NCBI RefSeq assembly: GCF_006345805.1 | Contig: NC_043001.1 | Location: 80,538,001-80,602,000, forward strand | Length of the DNA: 64,000 bases | Direction of reading: 5' to 3' | Source of the DNA: Octopus sinensis | Lineage: Eukaryota | Part shown: one piece after another, positions 24,926 through 37,410 of the stretch | Numbering within the stretch: the stretch's first letter is position 1 | How the letters are laid out: each line of letters begins with the position of its first letter | Translations under genes and position numbers: made by a program | Notes under the pieces: model-generated | The model's database searches: none | Told to the model about the DNA's origin: nothing | What the model saw: the letters and a program-made list of their open reading frames with translations, nothing else

Positions 24926-25307
24926 GAAAATACAAACTTATATATAATAATCCTTTCTGCTATAGGCACAAGGACTGAAATTTGGGGAAGGGGGATAGTC
25001 GATTACATCGACTCATGTACACAACTGGTACTTATTTTATCAATCCCGAAAGGATGAAAGGCAAAGTTGATCTCGGTGAAATTTGAACTCAGAACATGAA
25101 GATAAGCAAATACCGCGAATTAAAAGATCACTCGATATTTTTTCGTAGCATGCATATATATTTACATTTACCAGAAAAATGTTGTTATTAAATTTGAAGT
25201 TTCGGATAATTCTCCTTCATTAGACAATCAGATGAAGGTGAAGAAACCGAAACTTCGAAGTCCCGGTGAGCCTTTTCTTTGTAATACATACATACATGCC
25301 TATACGT

Positions 25308-25419
<112 letters not shown>

Positions 25420-25456
25420 CATACATACATATATATTTATACACACACATACATAT

Positions 25457-25490
<34 letters not shown>

Positions 25491-26224
25491 GTTCCACGTC
25501 CTGCGTTGCTGTGTTTTTTTCTCATTTTTTCTCTTTTTTTCTGTGTTTTCTTGTATGGATTAACTTTATATAATAGCGTATAAAAAATTATACACGGAGA
25601 GAAGACTACTATGTGGGCTCCTTACATGCTAGAAAGGGCAGTCAAAACCCAAGCCACGAAAACGTCATTCCTACTTATTGCGCGTTGCTTGTAAGCGAGC
25701 AGGACACTTGAATGAATAAAAATCTCATTTAACACTATACCCATGAGTTTCACCATTAATGGTCAAATAAATGAATTAATTAGTCGATTAATTGATTAAT
25801 TAACCATTTGTGGCTCGTCAGTAGAGTCGATGGAAAATCCATAATTATGAAACCATAATACGCAACGAAAACATAAAGTAAACCCGTGCGCATTTGGTTC
25901 GGTCTTTATAAGTCATGAATTCAAATCGAATGCCCTCAACCAACGAGCAGACTCAGAGTAGAACAGTGAATAAGTTCAACCATATATTATCTGGCCGAAG
26001 AATTTAAATATTTAACTATATAAGTACAGGGGGAAAATTATTAAATTAATAATTTATACCAGTGGTTTGCATGCGTAATAAAAGTCATAAGACATAAGTA
26101 TTTTTACAATATAATATTGTATAAGAATTTATACCCAGAGAGAAGACCACCATGTGGGCTCCTTTCATGCAAGTGAAGGCAATCAAAATCCAAACCACGC
26201 ATGCTAATCACCGATATAAACTAT

Positions 26225-27030
26225 TCTTTCCTACTCTAGGCACAAGGCCTGAAATTTGGGCGGGGGCCAGTCGATTAGATCGACCCGCAGTACGCAACTG
26301 GCACTAAATTTAACGACCCCGTAAGGATGAAAGGCAAAGTCGACCTCACTGGGATTTGAAACAGACAAAATGCCTATTTCTTTACTGCCCACAAGGGGCT
26401 AAACTCAGAGGGGACAAACAAGGACAGACAAACGGATTGAGTCGGTTATATCGACTCCAGTGCGTAACTGGTACTTATTTAATCGACCCCGAAAGGATGA
26501 AAGGCAAAGTCGATCTCGGCGGAATTTGAACTCAGAAACGTAGAGGTAGGCAAAATACTTATTTCTTTACTACCCACAAGGGGATAAACACAGGGGAGAC
26601 AAACAAGGACAGACAAACGGATTAAGTCTATTACATCGACCGTAATGCGTAACTGGTACTTAATTTATCGACCGTGAAAGGATGAAAGGCAAAGTCGAGC
26701 TCGGCGGAATTTGAACCCAGAACGTAACGGCTACGCATTTCGCCCGGCGTGCTTAACGTTTCTGCCAGCTCGCCGCTTTTTACGGCAGACGAAATACCTG
26801 TTTCTTTACTACCACAAGGGGCTAAACACAAAGGAGACAAACAAGGACAGACAGACGGATTAAGTCGATTATATCGCCCCCAGTGCATAACTGATACTTA
26901 TTTATCGATCCCGAAAGGATGAAAGGCAAAGTCGACCTCGGCGGAATTTGAACTCAGAAACGTAACGGGAGGCGAAATGCGGCCACGCATTTCGCCCGGC
27001 GTGCTAACGTTCCTGCCAGCTCGCCGCCTT
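26225..27030 (-). mobile_element. Tandem array of four SINE family D cores
   Basis: cgaccccgaaaggatgaaaggcaaagtcgacctcggcggaatttgaactcag repeated near 26310, 26480, 26665 and 26905; head ends cagctcgccgcctt at 27030. Confidence 0.92.
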
Positions 27031-27051
27031 ACTGATGTAATTCATTAATTT

Positions 27052-27626
<575 letters not shown>

Positions 27627-27789
27627 CCTAATGTGAGATAAAAAATTTTTCGGGGAAAAAAAAAGTTCGAATCACACAGGTCGCGAGATGTGCCGAAGAT
27701 TTTTCTATTTTGGATATATTTGGGGTACATGGTTTTGCGCGGGACTTAGTGCTTGCTTTTTCCATGGGTATGAGTAGGTATTTCATTTA

Positions 27790-28005
27790 TATCTCGCGTA
27801 TTTGCCGCTGAAGAGGGGGAAATTTCTTACGAATTAACCCCGAAATTGGTCCAATACGGTAATAACGAATTTTTTAGAGATTTCCATCGGTTTGTTTCGA
27901 GACGCATAAAACATAATGGTTTATTGACGATTATTGTCTTTTTCGGCATATTTGGCAATAGAATTTTTCTTTTGCCCTTATCTTGTAAATTATATATATA
28001 TTAGA
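27790..28005 (+). mobile_element. Hammerhead-bearing dispersed repeat, copy 2 (Penelope pLTR-like)
   Basis: Homologous to 11108-11335; ends at tatatata. Confidence 0.75.
27802..27862 (+). ncRNA. Type I hammerhead ribozyme motif, intact core
   Basis: ttgccg CTGAAGA g gggg(19-nt loop)cccc GAAA ttgg-t-ccaa TA cggtaa; stem I 6 bp (one G-U), stem II 4 bp, stem III near-palindromic. Confidence 0.75.
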
Positions 28006-28114
28006 GCGGTATCTTCTACAATAGCCTCTGATCGACTAAAACCTTCTGGGTGCATTTAGTATACAGAGAGGAAAAGAAACCTGTTGTATATACGTACGTT
28101 TATGTGTGTATGTG

Positions 28115-28308
28115 TTTTTGTGTTTGTTCCCCACCACCTCTTGACCATCAGTGTTGATATATTTACGTCCCCGTAACCTAGTTGTTCGGCAAAAGACACC
28201 GACTGAATAAGAAACATACTTTCAAAATTTAAGTAATGGGGTGGATTAGTTCAACTAAAAATTCTTCAAGACGGTGCTCCAGCATCGTTTTTGTCTAATG
28301 ACTGAAAC

Positions 28309-28310
<2 letters not shown>
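28115..28310 (+). mobile_element. SINE tail module followed by (GATA/GACA)n
   Basis: gtttgttccccaccacctcttgacc...ttcggcaaaagacaccg...acggtgctccagcat...aatgactgaaac. Confidence 0.75.
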
Positions 28311-28365
<55 letters not shown>

Positions 28366-28398
28366 TAGATAGATAGATAGATAGATAGATAGACAGGC

Positions 28399-28508
<110 letters not shown>

Positions 28509-29829
28509 AACTGGCATCTTTACAGTTTCAATCTACGAAACTGGCCTACAAGGCATTATTGGTATGCAGCAGGACGGAACCGGAACCACATGGTCGTGGG
28601 GCCCAAGCTTCTTGAGACCCATGAAAGATATTAGCTTACTTACATACATTCAGTAGACGAGTTCAATACTGAATGTAAGTCCTCTCCTCGAGAATATTTC
28701 TCGCTATTTTTAACACCACCGAAAATATCCATGATGGCCCATGTATCCTAATTAATGGGAAGTATTATATAAGCGACATTATATTACCCATCATGCTTTG
28801 GAGAGCCTTTCTTTGGATAAAATCACTTAAAAGCCTGTCACACTTCGTTAGTGAACCTTGAGTGGCAAAATTATCATAATGTCTATATAAGTGTTGTTAC
28901 ATCTCTGTCCCGCGGACATTTTTCTCTAATCGAAAAGGCAAACTACGTTGTTTCCTATTATTAACCAATCAAATGATTTTAATTTTGTGTTTGTTTATGT
29001 TGCTGTTGCTGTTACCGTATTCCTCTGTATTCTTTTTTGCTTTTGCCTTAAGTTGTTGTTGACGATATCGTTCCTTATTTACTTTCATTTTTGCAGCAGT
29101 CATTCACACACAAATAACACATACATGCACGCACATAAACACGCACACAAACACACACACACACACACACACACACAATCACACAACCTCTCTCCCTCTC
29201 TCTCCTTTACCCTTCTCCCTGTCTTTCTATCCCCAAATTTCTTTTTCTTTCACCCTTTCTGCGCGGATATATGCGCGTGCATGCAAATATGCATACATGT
29301 ATATGTGCATGCATGCACACATGCACATACATACACACACATATATATGTGTGTGTGTGTGTGGTGTGTATGTGTACGTGTGTGTGTCTGTATGTATGTT
29401 TGTGTATACTAGTATATACATACATGCTTACATACTAACTTGCATGCATGCCTACATGCATACATTAATACACATGCGCATACTTAAATGCATACCTTTG
29501 TTTACAAACGAAATCATACATACATACGAGTAAATTTATGTACGCTTTAACTTGCTCTCACAAATGGCTATGGTTCATGTTATACATACATATATACACA
29601 TAATACATACAGTCATATATAAACATATATATATTGATACACACATCCATGTGCATATACACATATACAAACATGCATACATACACACCGTACATGCTTA
29701 TATACATACGTCCATACATATAGATATATGGATATATATATATATATACGTACATGTATAAATATACATGCATACATAACCTATCTACAAATACATATAC
29801 ATACATGCATTCTATCTAACATTCACCAG

Positions 29830-29880
29830 GAAAACTTCAACGTAGCCATTGTTCTTCCCACTGTTGCTGTCATTACAGAA
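29830..29880 (+). CDS. Candidate 51-nt exon
   Basis: ctaacattcaccAG acceptor, GAA|GTAATT donor; phase 0 ENFNVAIVLPTVAVITE; unique island among microsatellites. Confidence 0.2.
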
Positions 29881-29946
29881 GTAATTCTATACACATATAC
29901 AAGTATATTCATCTATACACTTACATATACATTCGTACATACTCAT

Positions 29947-30011
<65 letters not shown>

Positions 30012-30545
30012 ATATCAATAAAAACATAAATACAAGCTTACATATATATATATATATATGTATATATATATGTGTGTATGTATGTATGCATACATGTATG
30101 TATATGTTTGTACATTCATTTATATGCTTGTTGTTTTTTTTTTACTTCTGCCTTATTCCCTTTCAAGTCGTTGATGTTGTTGTTGTTATTGTTTTTGTTG
30201 GTGTTGTTGCTGTTGTTGATGCAGTTTTTATTTGTTTATTTTCTTATCTCTGTCTCAGGTTTCTTAAAACATGCCAAATAAAATAATAAAATAACATTAT
30301 ATTAAATTTAAAAACACATGCGCACACACACACACAAACACACACATACACACACACAACACACGGACGAAAAAAACTCGCATACTCCCACACACACACA
30401 CACACACACAAAACAAAGTAAACCAAAATAAATAAGTAAGTAAATAAATAACATTTAGATTTATTTTATCTTTACGAATTTCACCTGAAAATATTCGGCA
30501 GCTGTGAAGTAATCAACTCCAGCAGAATGATGGTGAAGTGTAATG

Positions 30546-30592
<47 letters not shown>

Positions 30593-30951
30593 GTGTGTGT
30601 GTTTGTGTACGTGTGTGTCTGTGTACGCATAGACACACACACGCACGCACACATGCATGCACACATGTGTATGCATATATACTTATATAAATGTATATAT
30701 ATATATATATAAGCATACATATATACGTATATGTTTATATATATCTAAATATATGCATACATACATACATGTACGTATACGTATGTATGCATATATCTAT
30801 GCATCTATATACACTCACACACACATACACACACAGACAGACGCCTGCACACCATTAGTGTCTAAATGTATGCTCACATGTATGTACTCATATGTGTGTA
30901 TGTATATGAGTATGTATATATGCATGCGTATGTGGATGAGTACGTATATAT

Positions 30952-31004
<53 letters not shown>

Positions 31005-31010
31005 TATATA

Positions 31011-31046
<36 letters not shown>

Positions 31047-31248
31047 TGTATGTATGTATATGTACACACACACGTATACAAACACATACATACCACAGGA
31101 AGATAGATAAAATAATATAATGCGTAAGAATTAAAGAAATTCAGAAAAAAAACCCATGTAAATTTGATATTTGAGAATAAAACGTATTTTCCAGTTTAGC
31201 TTTTTGCTATTTTCTGTTTCTTTCTCTACAATGCTTTTATTATTATTG

Positions 31249-31301
<53 letters not shown>

Positions 31302-31307
31302 CTCCTT

Positions 31308-31376
<69 letters not shown>

Positions 31377-32068
31377 TACTTTTTTTATCATGCCACTTAA
31401 ATTTCTTACTTGGAAGTTGTCATGACTTTTCCAGACGTATTTCTTGTGTGTGAGCTATAAAGGAATAAAGGAATAAAAGAATAAAAGAATTGGTAATTCA
31501 GTTTCAGCAGTCTAACCTGTCTTAGGTCCTATGCACAAACGAGAATCTTTGAGCAAAAATTGCAAATTTAAAGTAGTTAAGGTGTTTCGTTTTAACATTA
31601 TTCCCCATTCGTAATTCTCAAATAAAATTGTATGTACCAATGTACATACATTATATGTATGTGCGTGTGGGTGTGTGTGTGCCCGCGTGCGATTGTGTGT
31701 GTGTATTTGTGTGTGTGGTTATATGTGCTGGTGAACGTATGTATTCTTTTCTGTTTTTATTCTGGTTGCTGTTTCAGTCTTTAGACGGCAGCCATACTGG
31801 TGCACCGCCTTGCAGGGTTTTCGTCAAACGAATCAACACATGTTAATTTACTTAAAGCCTGGTACTTATTCTATTGGTTCCTTTTACCAAACCGCTAAGT
31901 TACAGTTCGTAGACAAAGCAAATCTTGTTGTCGGGCGTTGATGGAGAACAAACCCAGATACAACCCCCCCCCCCCCACACACACACACACATGCATACAT
32001 ATATACATGTGGATGGGAAGCAAAATCCGCACTCTGCCTGCACCTATGCCACACTGCTAAGTATATGT

Positions 32069-32185
<117 letters not shown>

Positions 32186-32223
32186 TGTATATATATATAT
32201 ACACAGACGCACACACACACACA

Positions 32224-32285
<62 letters not shown>

Positions 32286-32528
32286 GTATGGTAGTCAATG
32301 CTTTAGAGAGTACATATGCATTTCAGCAAAATGCTGTAGTAATTATACAACAGTTGTAGAAACAGTATACAGCCTTGGAAAAATGTGTATATTTGGAGCT
32401 TTCAATATCTGTCATTGTATATATGAATATATATGCACATGACGAGCTTCTTTCAGTTTCCATCTCCCAAATCCATTCACAAGGCTTTGGCCAGCCTGAG
32501 GTGTTATGCAGTGGGATTGGACCTATAT

Positions 32529-32579
<51 letters not shown>

Positions 32580-33504
32580 ACATATATTAGTAAAGTCATA
32601 CATGTGTAGTAAAGAAGCTTGATTTTAATGGCTTCGGAGTAAGTGGTATGGGCGGCGCTTTAAGCCAATGCTTTCTACCGTAGCCTTAGGCTGCCCTATG
32701 TCTGTTTGTGGCAATGGATTTTTTTTGTTTTTTTTTTTGTTACAAAAGTGGCAAAAATATCTTATGCACTATCAGGATATTTTAATAAACAACGATATGA
32801 AAATACTTTGTACTCAAGTGTAAACTGGCTTGCAACTCAGGAATCATGAACTCAAAAAAATAAGTTGGAAATAAGATGTAACAAATTCTCTAAAATTTTT
32901 ATAGTAAATATTATGTGTGGCGATGGAAAATTACAAAGCAAGAATTCTTCACAGTGTAGGAATTATCTGCTTAAGCCATTGCTGCAATTTTTTTTTCAGT
33001 TAAGCAAATTTAAACGAATACTAGCAGCATAGCCCGGCGTTGCCCGGGTATGTAAGAAACTTTGTCGATAAGCAATGCCCTTTACCTTTTTACCCTTTTT
33101 TGTACTCATTGAACCGTTATTTTGTAAAATGAAGCCTAAAAGGCATTAAGGCATTCAAGGCACCTTGCATGCATGAAGAAAATCTGACAGTCAAAATTCA
33201 TTTTCTGGTTTTGTTTAGCACACCCAACCCAGTTCTGCGGGTTCAGTGTCGCGACGGGAACGCATGGGTTGGGAGTTTGACAGGCAGAGGTGATAAGGTT
33301 GCACATGCCGGCCCTTTTGACACCGCCCCCCCCCCCGAACTCAAGTTGGGTTCGGACCACAGCTAAGCCCTACCTAATCCTAACTTAAGTCTAGCGAAAG
33401 GGGGCTCGGGAGCCTCTAGTAGGCAACGACTAATCCCGATCTAGTCCTTTGAAAGTAGGCATCCACCCTTCTCTAGGAGGAATTTTAGCCCCGAAAGAGG
33501 TCAT

Positions 33505-34152
33505 TTAGAATGAGCAGTTGTACTTTCGAATGATTTCAAGGAATTGTGACGATTCGGGGGTTAAACCCGCCGCGAGATCCTTCAGCGGTTGAGGTGGTTC
33601 CCGTAGGGGTGGCAGGTCCACTTTGCCACTAGAGCAGCACAAACCAGGTGGCTCTCCGGGCCATTTCTTGGCTTTGCAAAACTGGCATACAATTGTCATT
33701 GACCCTATCTTGATGTCGTCACGCAAGGAGAAGTTAATTGTGGCGTCGTAGTTGAATGCTAGTGACGACCAGAAAGCGGGGGCAGTGGTACGTACACCAC
33801 GAATGATATCCCGACGTTGGTTGATACTCTCAAATCGAGTGCGCCGTGCCTCAGCAGATTTAGATGCGCGTGCGACAGCGGTAGCAGTGACATCCCTTGA
33901 AAGCCTTCCAGCTCTCGCCTCAGCACTCTCTGAAGCCCTAGCAGAAGCAGTGTTAATGGCATCTCTGGGTGTCCGAATAGTTCGTTGGTCTGGAGTTTCG
34001 GCAGATCGAGCTATGGCTGTGTTTGCGGCGTCAGCAGCTTGGCGAGCTCTCCTCTGTTGTGGTGTTTCGGCAGATCGAGCCATGACTGTGTTTGCGGCGT
34101 CAGCAGCTTGGCGAGCTCTCCTCAGTTGTGGTGTTTCGGCAGATCGGGCCAT
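33505..34152 (-). CDS. Truncated Helitron transposase N-terminus (215 aa from MARSAET): five 23-aa STPR-like repeats plus Cys-rich region
   Basis: AFNYD...IGSMTIVCQFCKAKKW...GLCCSSGKVDLPPL..PPQPL...FLEIIRKYNCSF; homology continues past the stop as *MTSFGA...EGWMPTFK (canonical FQMTSFG...PTFK). Confidence 0.9.
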   Translation of the reverse strand: MARSAETPQLRRARQAADAANTVMARSAETPQQRRARQAADAANTAIARSAETPDQRTIRTPRDAINTASARASESAEARAGRLSRDVTATAVARASKSAEARRTRFESINQRRDIIRGVRTTAPAFWSSLAFNYDATINFSLRDDIKIGSMTIVCQFCKAKKWPGEPPGLCCSSGKVDLPPLREPPQPLKDLAAGLTPESSQFLEIIRKYNCSF

Positions 34153-35159
34153 ATCCCAAAATGTATAAAAATGTACAAAAATGTACAAAAACGGAAAAAA
34201 AGCGAGCAGCAATGGGAGTGACAACAACGAAAATGCGAAAAGTGACCAAACTGAACAACCGAATGGAAAAGGTTTTTTGGTGCACACGACAAAAGCAGCT
34301 TATAATAAACCAAGAGTTTGCAAGTAGCGTCCGGGGACCCTTAGGGTACGTCAAAAATTTAAGGTAAAATGTTTGGGGTGGTAGTTATAAAGAAAATTTA
34401 AACAAAAAAAGTATTCGAATAACTTGCGGCTGCGGCAGCGATTAGCAGAAGTAGGCCAACGTGTGAAGCCTGCGGGTGTGAACCGAGAGAAGTGGGAGTC
34501 ACAAACTATACGCGCACAACTGAGTGTGTCAGTGCATGTGATTGGCCAAAGGGTGTTTAATTGAGAGCATTGTTCACCGTTTGGGGAGCCAATGGGAAGA
34601 GCTGCAATCATCGTGTCAAGTATACGCGCGCACACAACCGCAAACGCATCTACAGCCCAACATTGCTCGGATTTGAAGCAAAAGGAAAACATATGCCATT
34701 TCTAGTAACCTTTATGATAAAAGCGGCAAAAATCGACTAAATCGCCTGAAATCCGCTAGCTATTTAACAAAAGTCAGTTTTGTAGGGTTCGCATGGTCGG
34801 TCTCAAAGTGATATGGTTTTGTCGATCTCTCCCAATACTTGTTAACTGCATTGACAAAAGGTCGTTAGTTTGACATTTAATGCAAACGTGATGTCCAACA
34901 TCGGTGTAGGGAAAATCTATGTGAACTTTCAAAAAATATCGCAGAAAAATCGGTTTGCTATGTGTGCCACATATGATGTAATTAACCGATTTTTTTCCAG
35001 TAATAACGTATCCTATTGGAATCAAAAGGGCCATATAGCTCCTTGGAGCAGACATGATTCTCGCTGTGAAATTTCAAAAACAAATCCAGCCAATTTGTTA
35101 AAGATATTGTCGAAAATATGTCATCTTGAATTTGGGATAACATTAAGCTTCACCATGAG

Positions 35160-35251
35160 TTTGGGGAAAATCGATTGCAAGTTGCGAAAGCTACAACGGA
35201 AAATGTTTGGGGAAAATCGATTGCAAGTTGCGAAAGCTACAACGGAAAATG
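35160..35251. repeat. Exact 46-bp tandem duplication inside the Helitron
   Basis: tttggggaaaatcgattgcaagttgcgaaagctacaacggaaaatg x2. Confidence 0.95.
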
Positions 35252-35527
35252 TGTTGCATATGATAAGCTTAGATTCTAGACCCCATGTCGAATTTATCGA
35301 TTGTTTTCAGAACTGGGGGAAACTTTTCAAAATTTTTGCTGCTTTAGTTTTGAATTATGACATTGGGCTATGTGTGTCAAGTTCCATCAGAATCGGTTGA
35401 AAGCCGTGGTCAGGGTGAGGGTACAACCTGACAGACACACAGACAGACAAACTGCCTTTTATATATAGAGAGTTGCTTGACTAGCAAGACTGGGAGTAGT
35501 CCATTATATTTTAATAGCGATACTGTC

Positions 35528-35785
35528 AGCGAGTGGTAATGCGTGGCTAAGCCATTACGGTGTTGGACGTATGATTCTAATATTGTGGTTTCAATTCCTG
35601 GGCCGAGAGGTGCGTTGTGTTCTTGTGCAAACCACTTCATATCACGTTGCTCCACTCAGCTGGCAAAAAGGAGTGTTCCTGTGACAGACCGGTGTACCGT
35701 CCACGGGGTGGGAATACATACGCCACAGAAATTGAGAAACTGGCTTTATGAGTCCATATGACTCGGGAAGGAATTTTATCTTTTT
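35528..35785 (+). mobile_element. tRNA-derived SINE family C
   Basis: gcgtggctaag...ggtttcaattcctgggccgagaggtgcgttgtgttcttg...ccactcagctggcaaaaa. Confidence 0.8.
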
Positions 35786-35888
35786 ATACTGCCAGTGTCC
35801 TTGAAGAACCCTATATACTAAGGTAAAGCTGTGTCATATCTTTCAAGGTTCTTAAAATTATGGATGTGTTGGTAACATCATATCTTAG

Positions 35889-35918
35889 AATTTGCAGTTC
35901 TTCGAATATATGATGCTG
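35889..35918 (+). CDS. Candidate 30-nt (or 21-nt from 35898) micro-exon
   Basis: catatcttAG or tttgcAG acceptor, CTG|GTGAGT donor; phase 1 xFAVLRIYDA. Confidence 0.15.
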
Positions 35919-36844
35919 GTGAGTTTTATTACAATCAGGTAAAATTTTACTCACTATTAAAGGTTTAATCACTAGGAGTGTTGCAGTTATAGGTGAAGAG
36001 AAAGTGGTGAGTTTTTCTTTGTATTTTTCCTTTTTTTTTTTTTTGAGTGGCTTTTATCACGGAATTGGATGATAAAACTTATAAAGTTATCAAAACTATA
36101 TTTACTGACTTTAAACTGTATTTCGATTGAAAATTTTGTTTTACTGAGCAATAAAATAAATTTATTTTAAGAACTCACTTATGATTTGGGAAGAGACGTT
36201 CAGTCTAACCGACAGATTAAGCCACGAAATGCTTCTTGGCTTATTTTTTCCCTTAAAAAAAATTAAATTTGAATAGTGGATGTTATCTGTTAAACTTTTT
36301 TTTTACAAACGGCGTACTGAGGGAACCATCGTTCGAAGATATGGAAAAATATGTTTATCAATATTGGGTATTAAGCAGCTTACGATTGTGAGAATTTTTT
36401 TAGAGTTGTTATTTATATAACTCGGTTTTTCTTTTCATCTTTGAAAAGGGCAGAATTTGTTCGAAACTATATTTAGATTAACATGCAAAAAGAAACACTA
36501 ACATTTATATCATTCGTATGCCTTAATTCAAATTCCTTAAACAGCTCTTTAATCTTTTAGTATTCAGATTATTCTGTCAAATGTAATGATTATTTCTTCA
36601 TATTATTTTTAAATTAATCCCGTATTACCTTGTAGCGTTGAGAAGTTAATTATGTGATTATTTATTTTTAAAATTAAATTGTTAGACAGGTGTGAGAGGC
36701 CAGACCTTGCTGATTTGAGCATAAAAGAGGTAGACTATATGGGCCGGGTATGGCTGGGTTGAAGACTAAAGGATTAAGGATTGTTTCTCAAAATATATCT
36801 AAATCATAGCAGTATATATTACACAAAATTATAGTTGATTCTAA

Positions 36845-37040
36845 TTTAGGCACACGGCCAGGAATTTTAAGAGGATGATGATAGTCGCTTACTTCAATCC
36901 CATAGCTTGTGCGTTACTTTATATTATCGATCCTGGAGGAATATAAGTCAAAGTAAACCTCAGCGTAATTTGAACTCAGAATGTAAAGAACTGCAACAAA
37001 TACTGCAAGATATTGTTTCCGATACTTTAACAATTCCACT
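36845..37040 (-). mobile_element. SINE family D, degenerate
   Basis: taggcacacggccagg...aatttgaactcagaatgtaa. Confidence 0.7.
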
Positions 37041-37075
37041 GGAGCTATAATTCCATTATCTCTGTATAAATGTCC

Positions 37076-37410
37076 TCACAGTTCAAGGAACCTTTTAGGA
37101 AGGAGGTTCAAAACATACATGACAATAATATCGCATAATTCCGCCTCTTCGTACGGACCCATGGATATATCAAACAACTCGCCTCCAAATGAGTTATGAA
37201 AAAGTAGAATAGCTTTCTTTGCATGCATAATAAACCTGATATGGAATTCATTATTTGGTAAGAATTTATTAATGAAAGCAGAGGGTTTATGAAGAAGAAG
37301 TTTCATTATGAAGAGTTAAAATTCTATTACAACGAATTGTGTAAATTTGCGATGTTGTTTATCGTTGAATCCACTTAACCACTCTATTACGGAAGCACTA
37401 TTGTTCCATG
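37076..37410 (-). pseudogene. Penelope-like element reverse transcriptase remnant
   Basis: WNNSASVIEWL...KQHRKFTQFVVIEF*...IMHAKKAILLF...LFDISMGPYEEAELCDIIVMYVLNLL matches PLE RT W.NT..VI.WF / FDI.EFYPSI / FDVTMGSYDGAE.CELVG. Confidence 0.85.

Larger units (their letters stand above)
33021..35471 (-). mobile_element. Internally deleted Helitron (~2.45 kb)
   Basis: 5' (c)tctctatatataaaaggcag, 3' hairpin cccgggcaacgccggg then CTAG|T at 33021; contains a truncated RepHel ORF. Confidence 0.95.
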
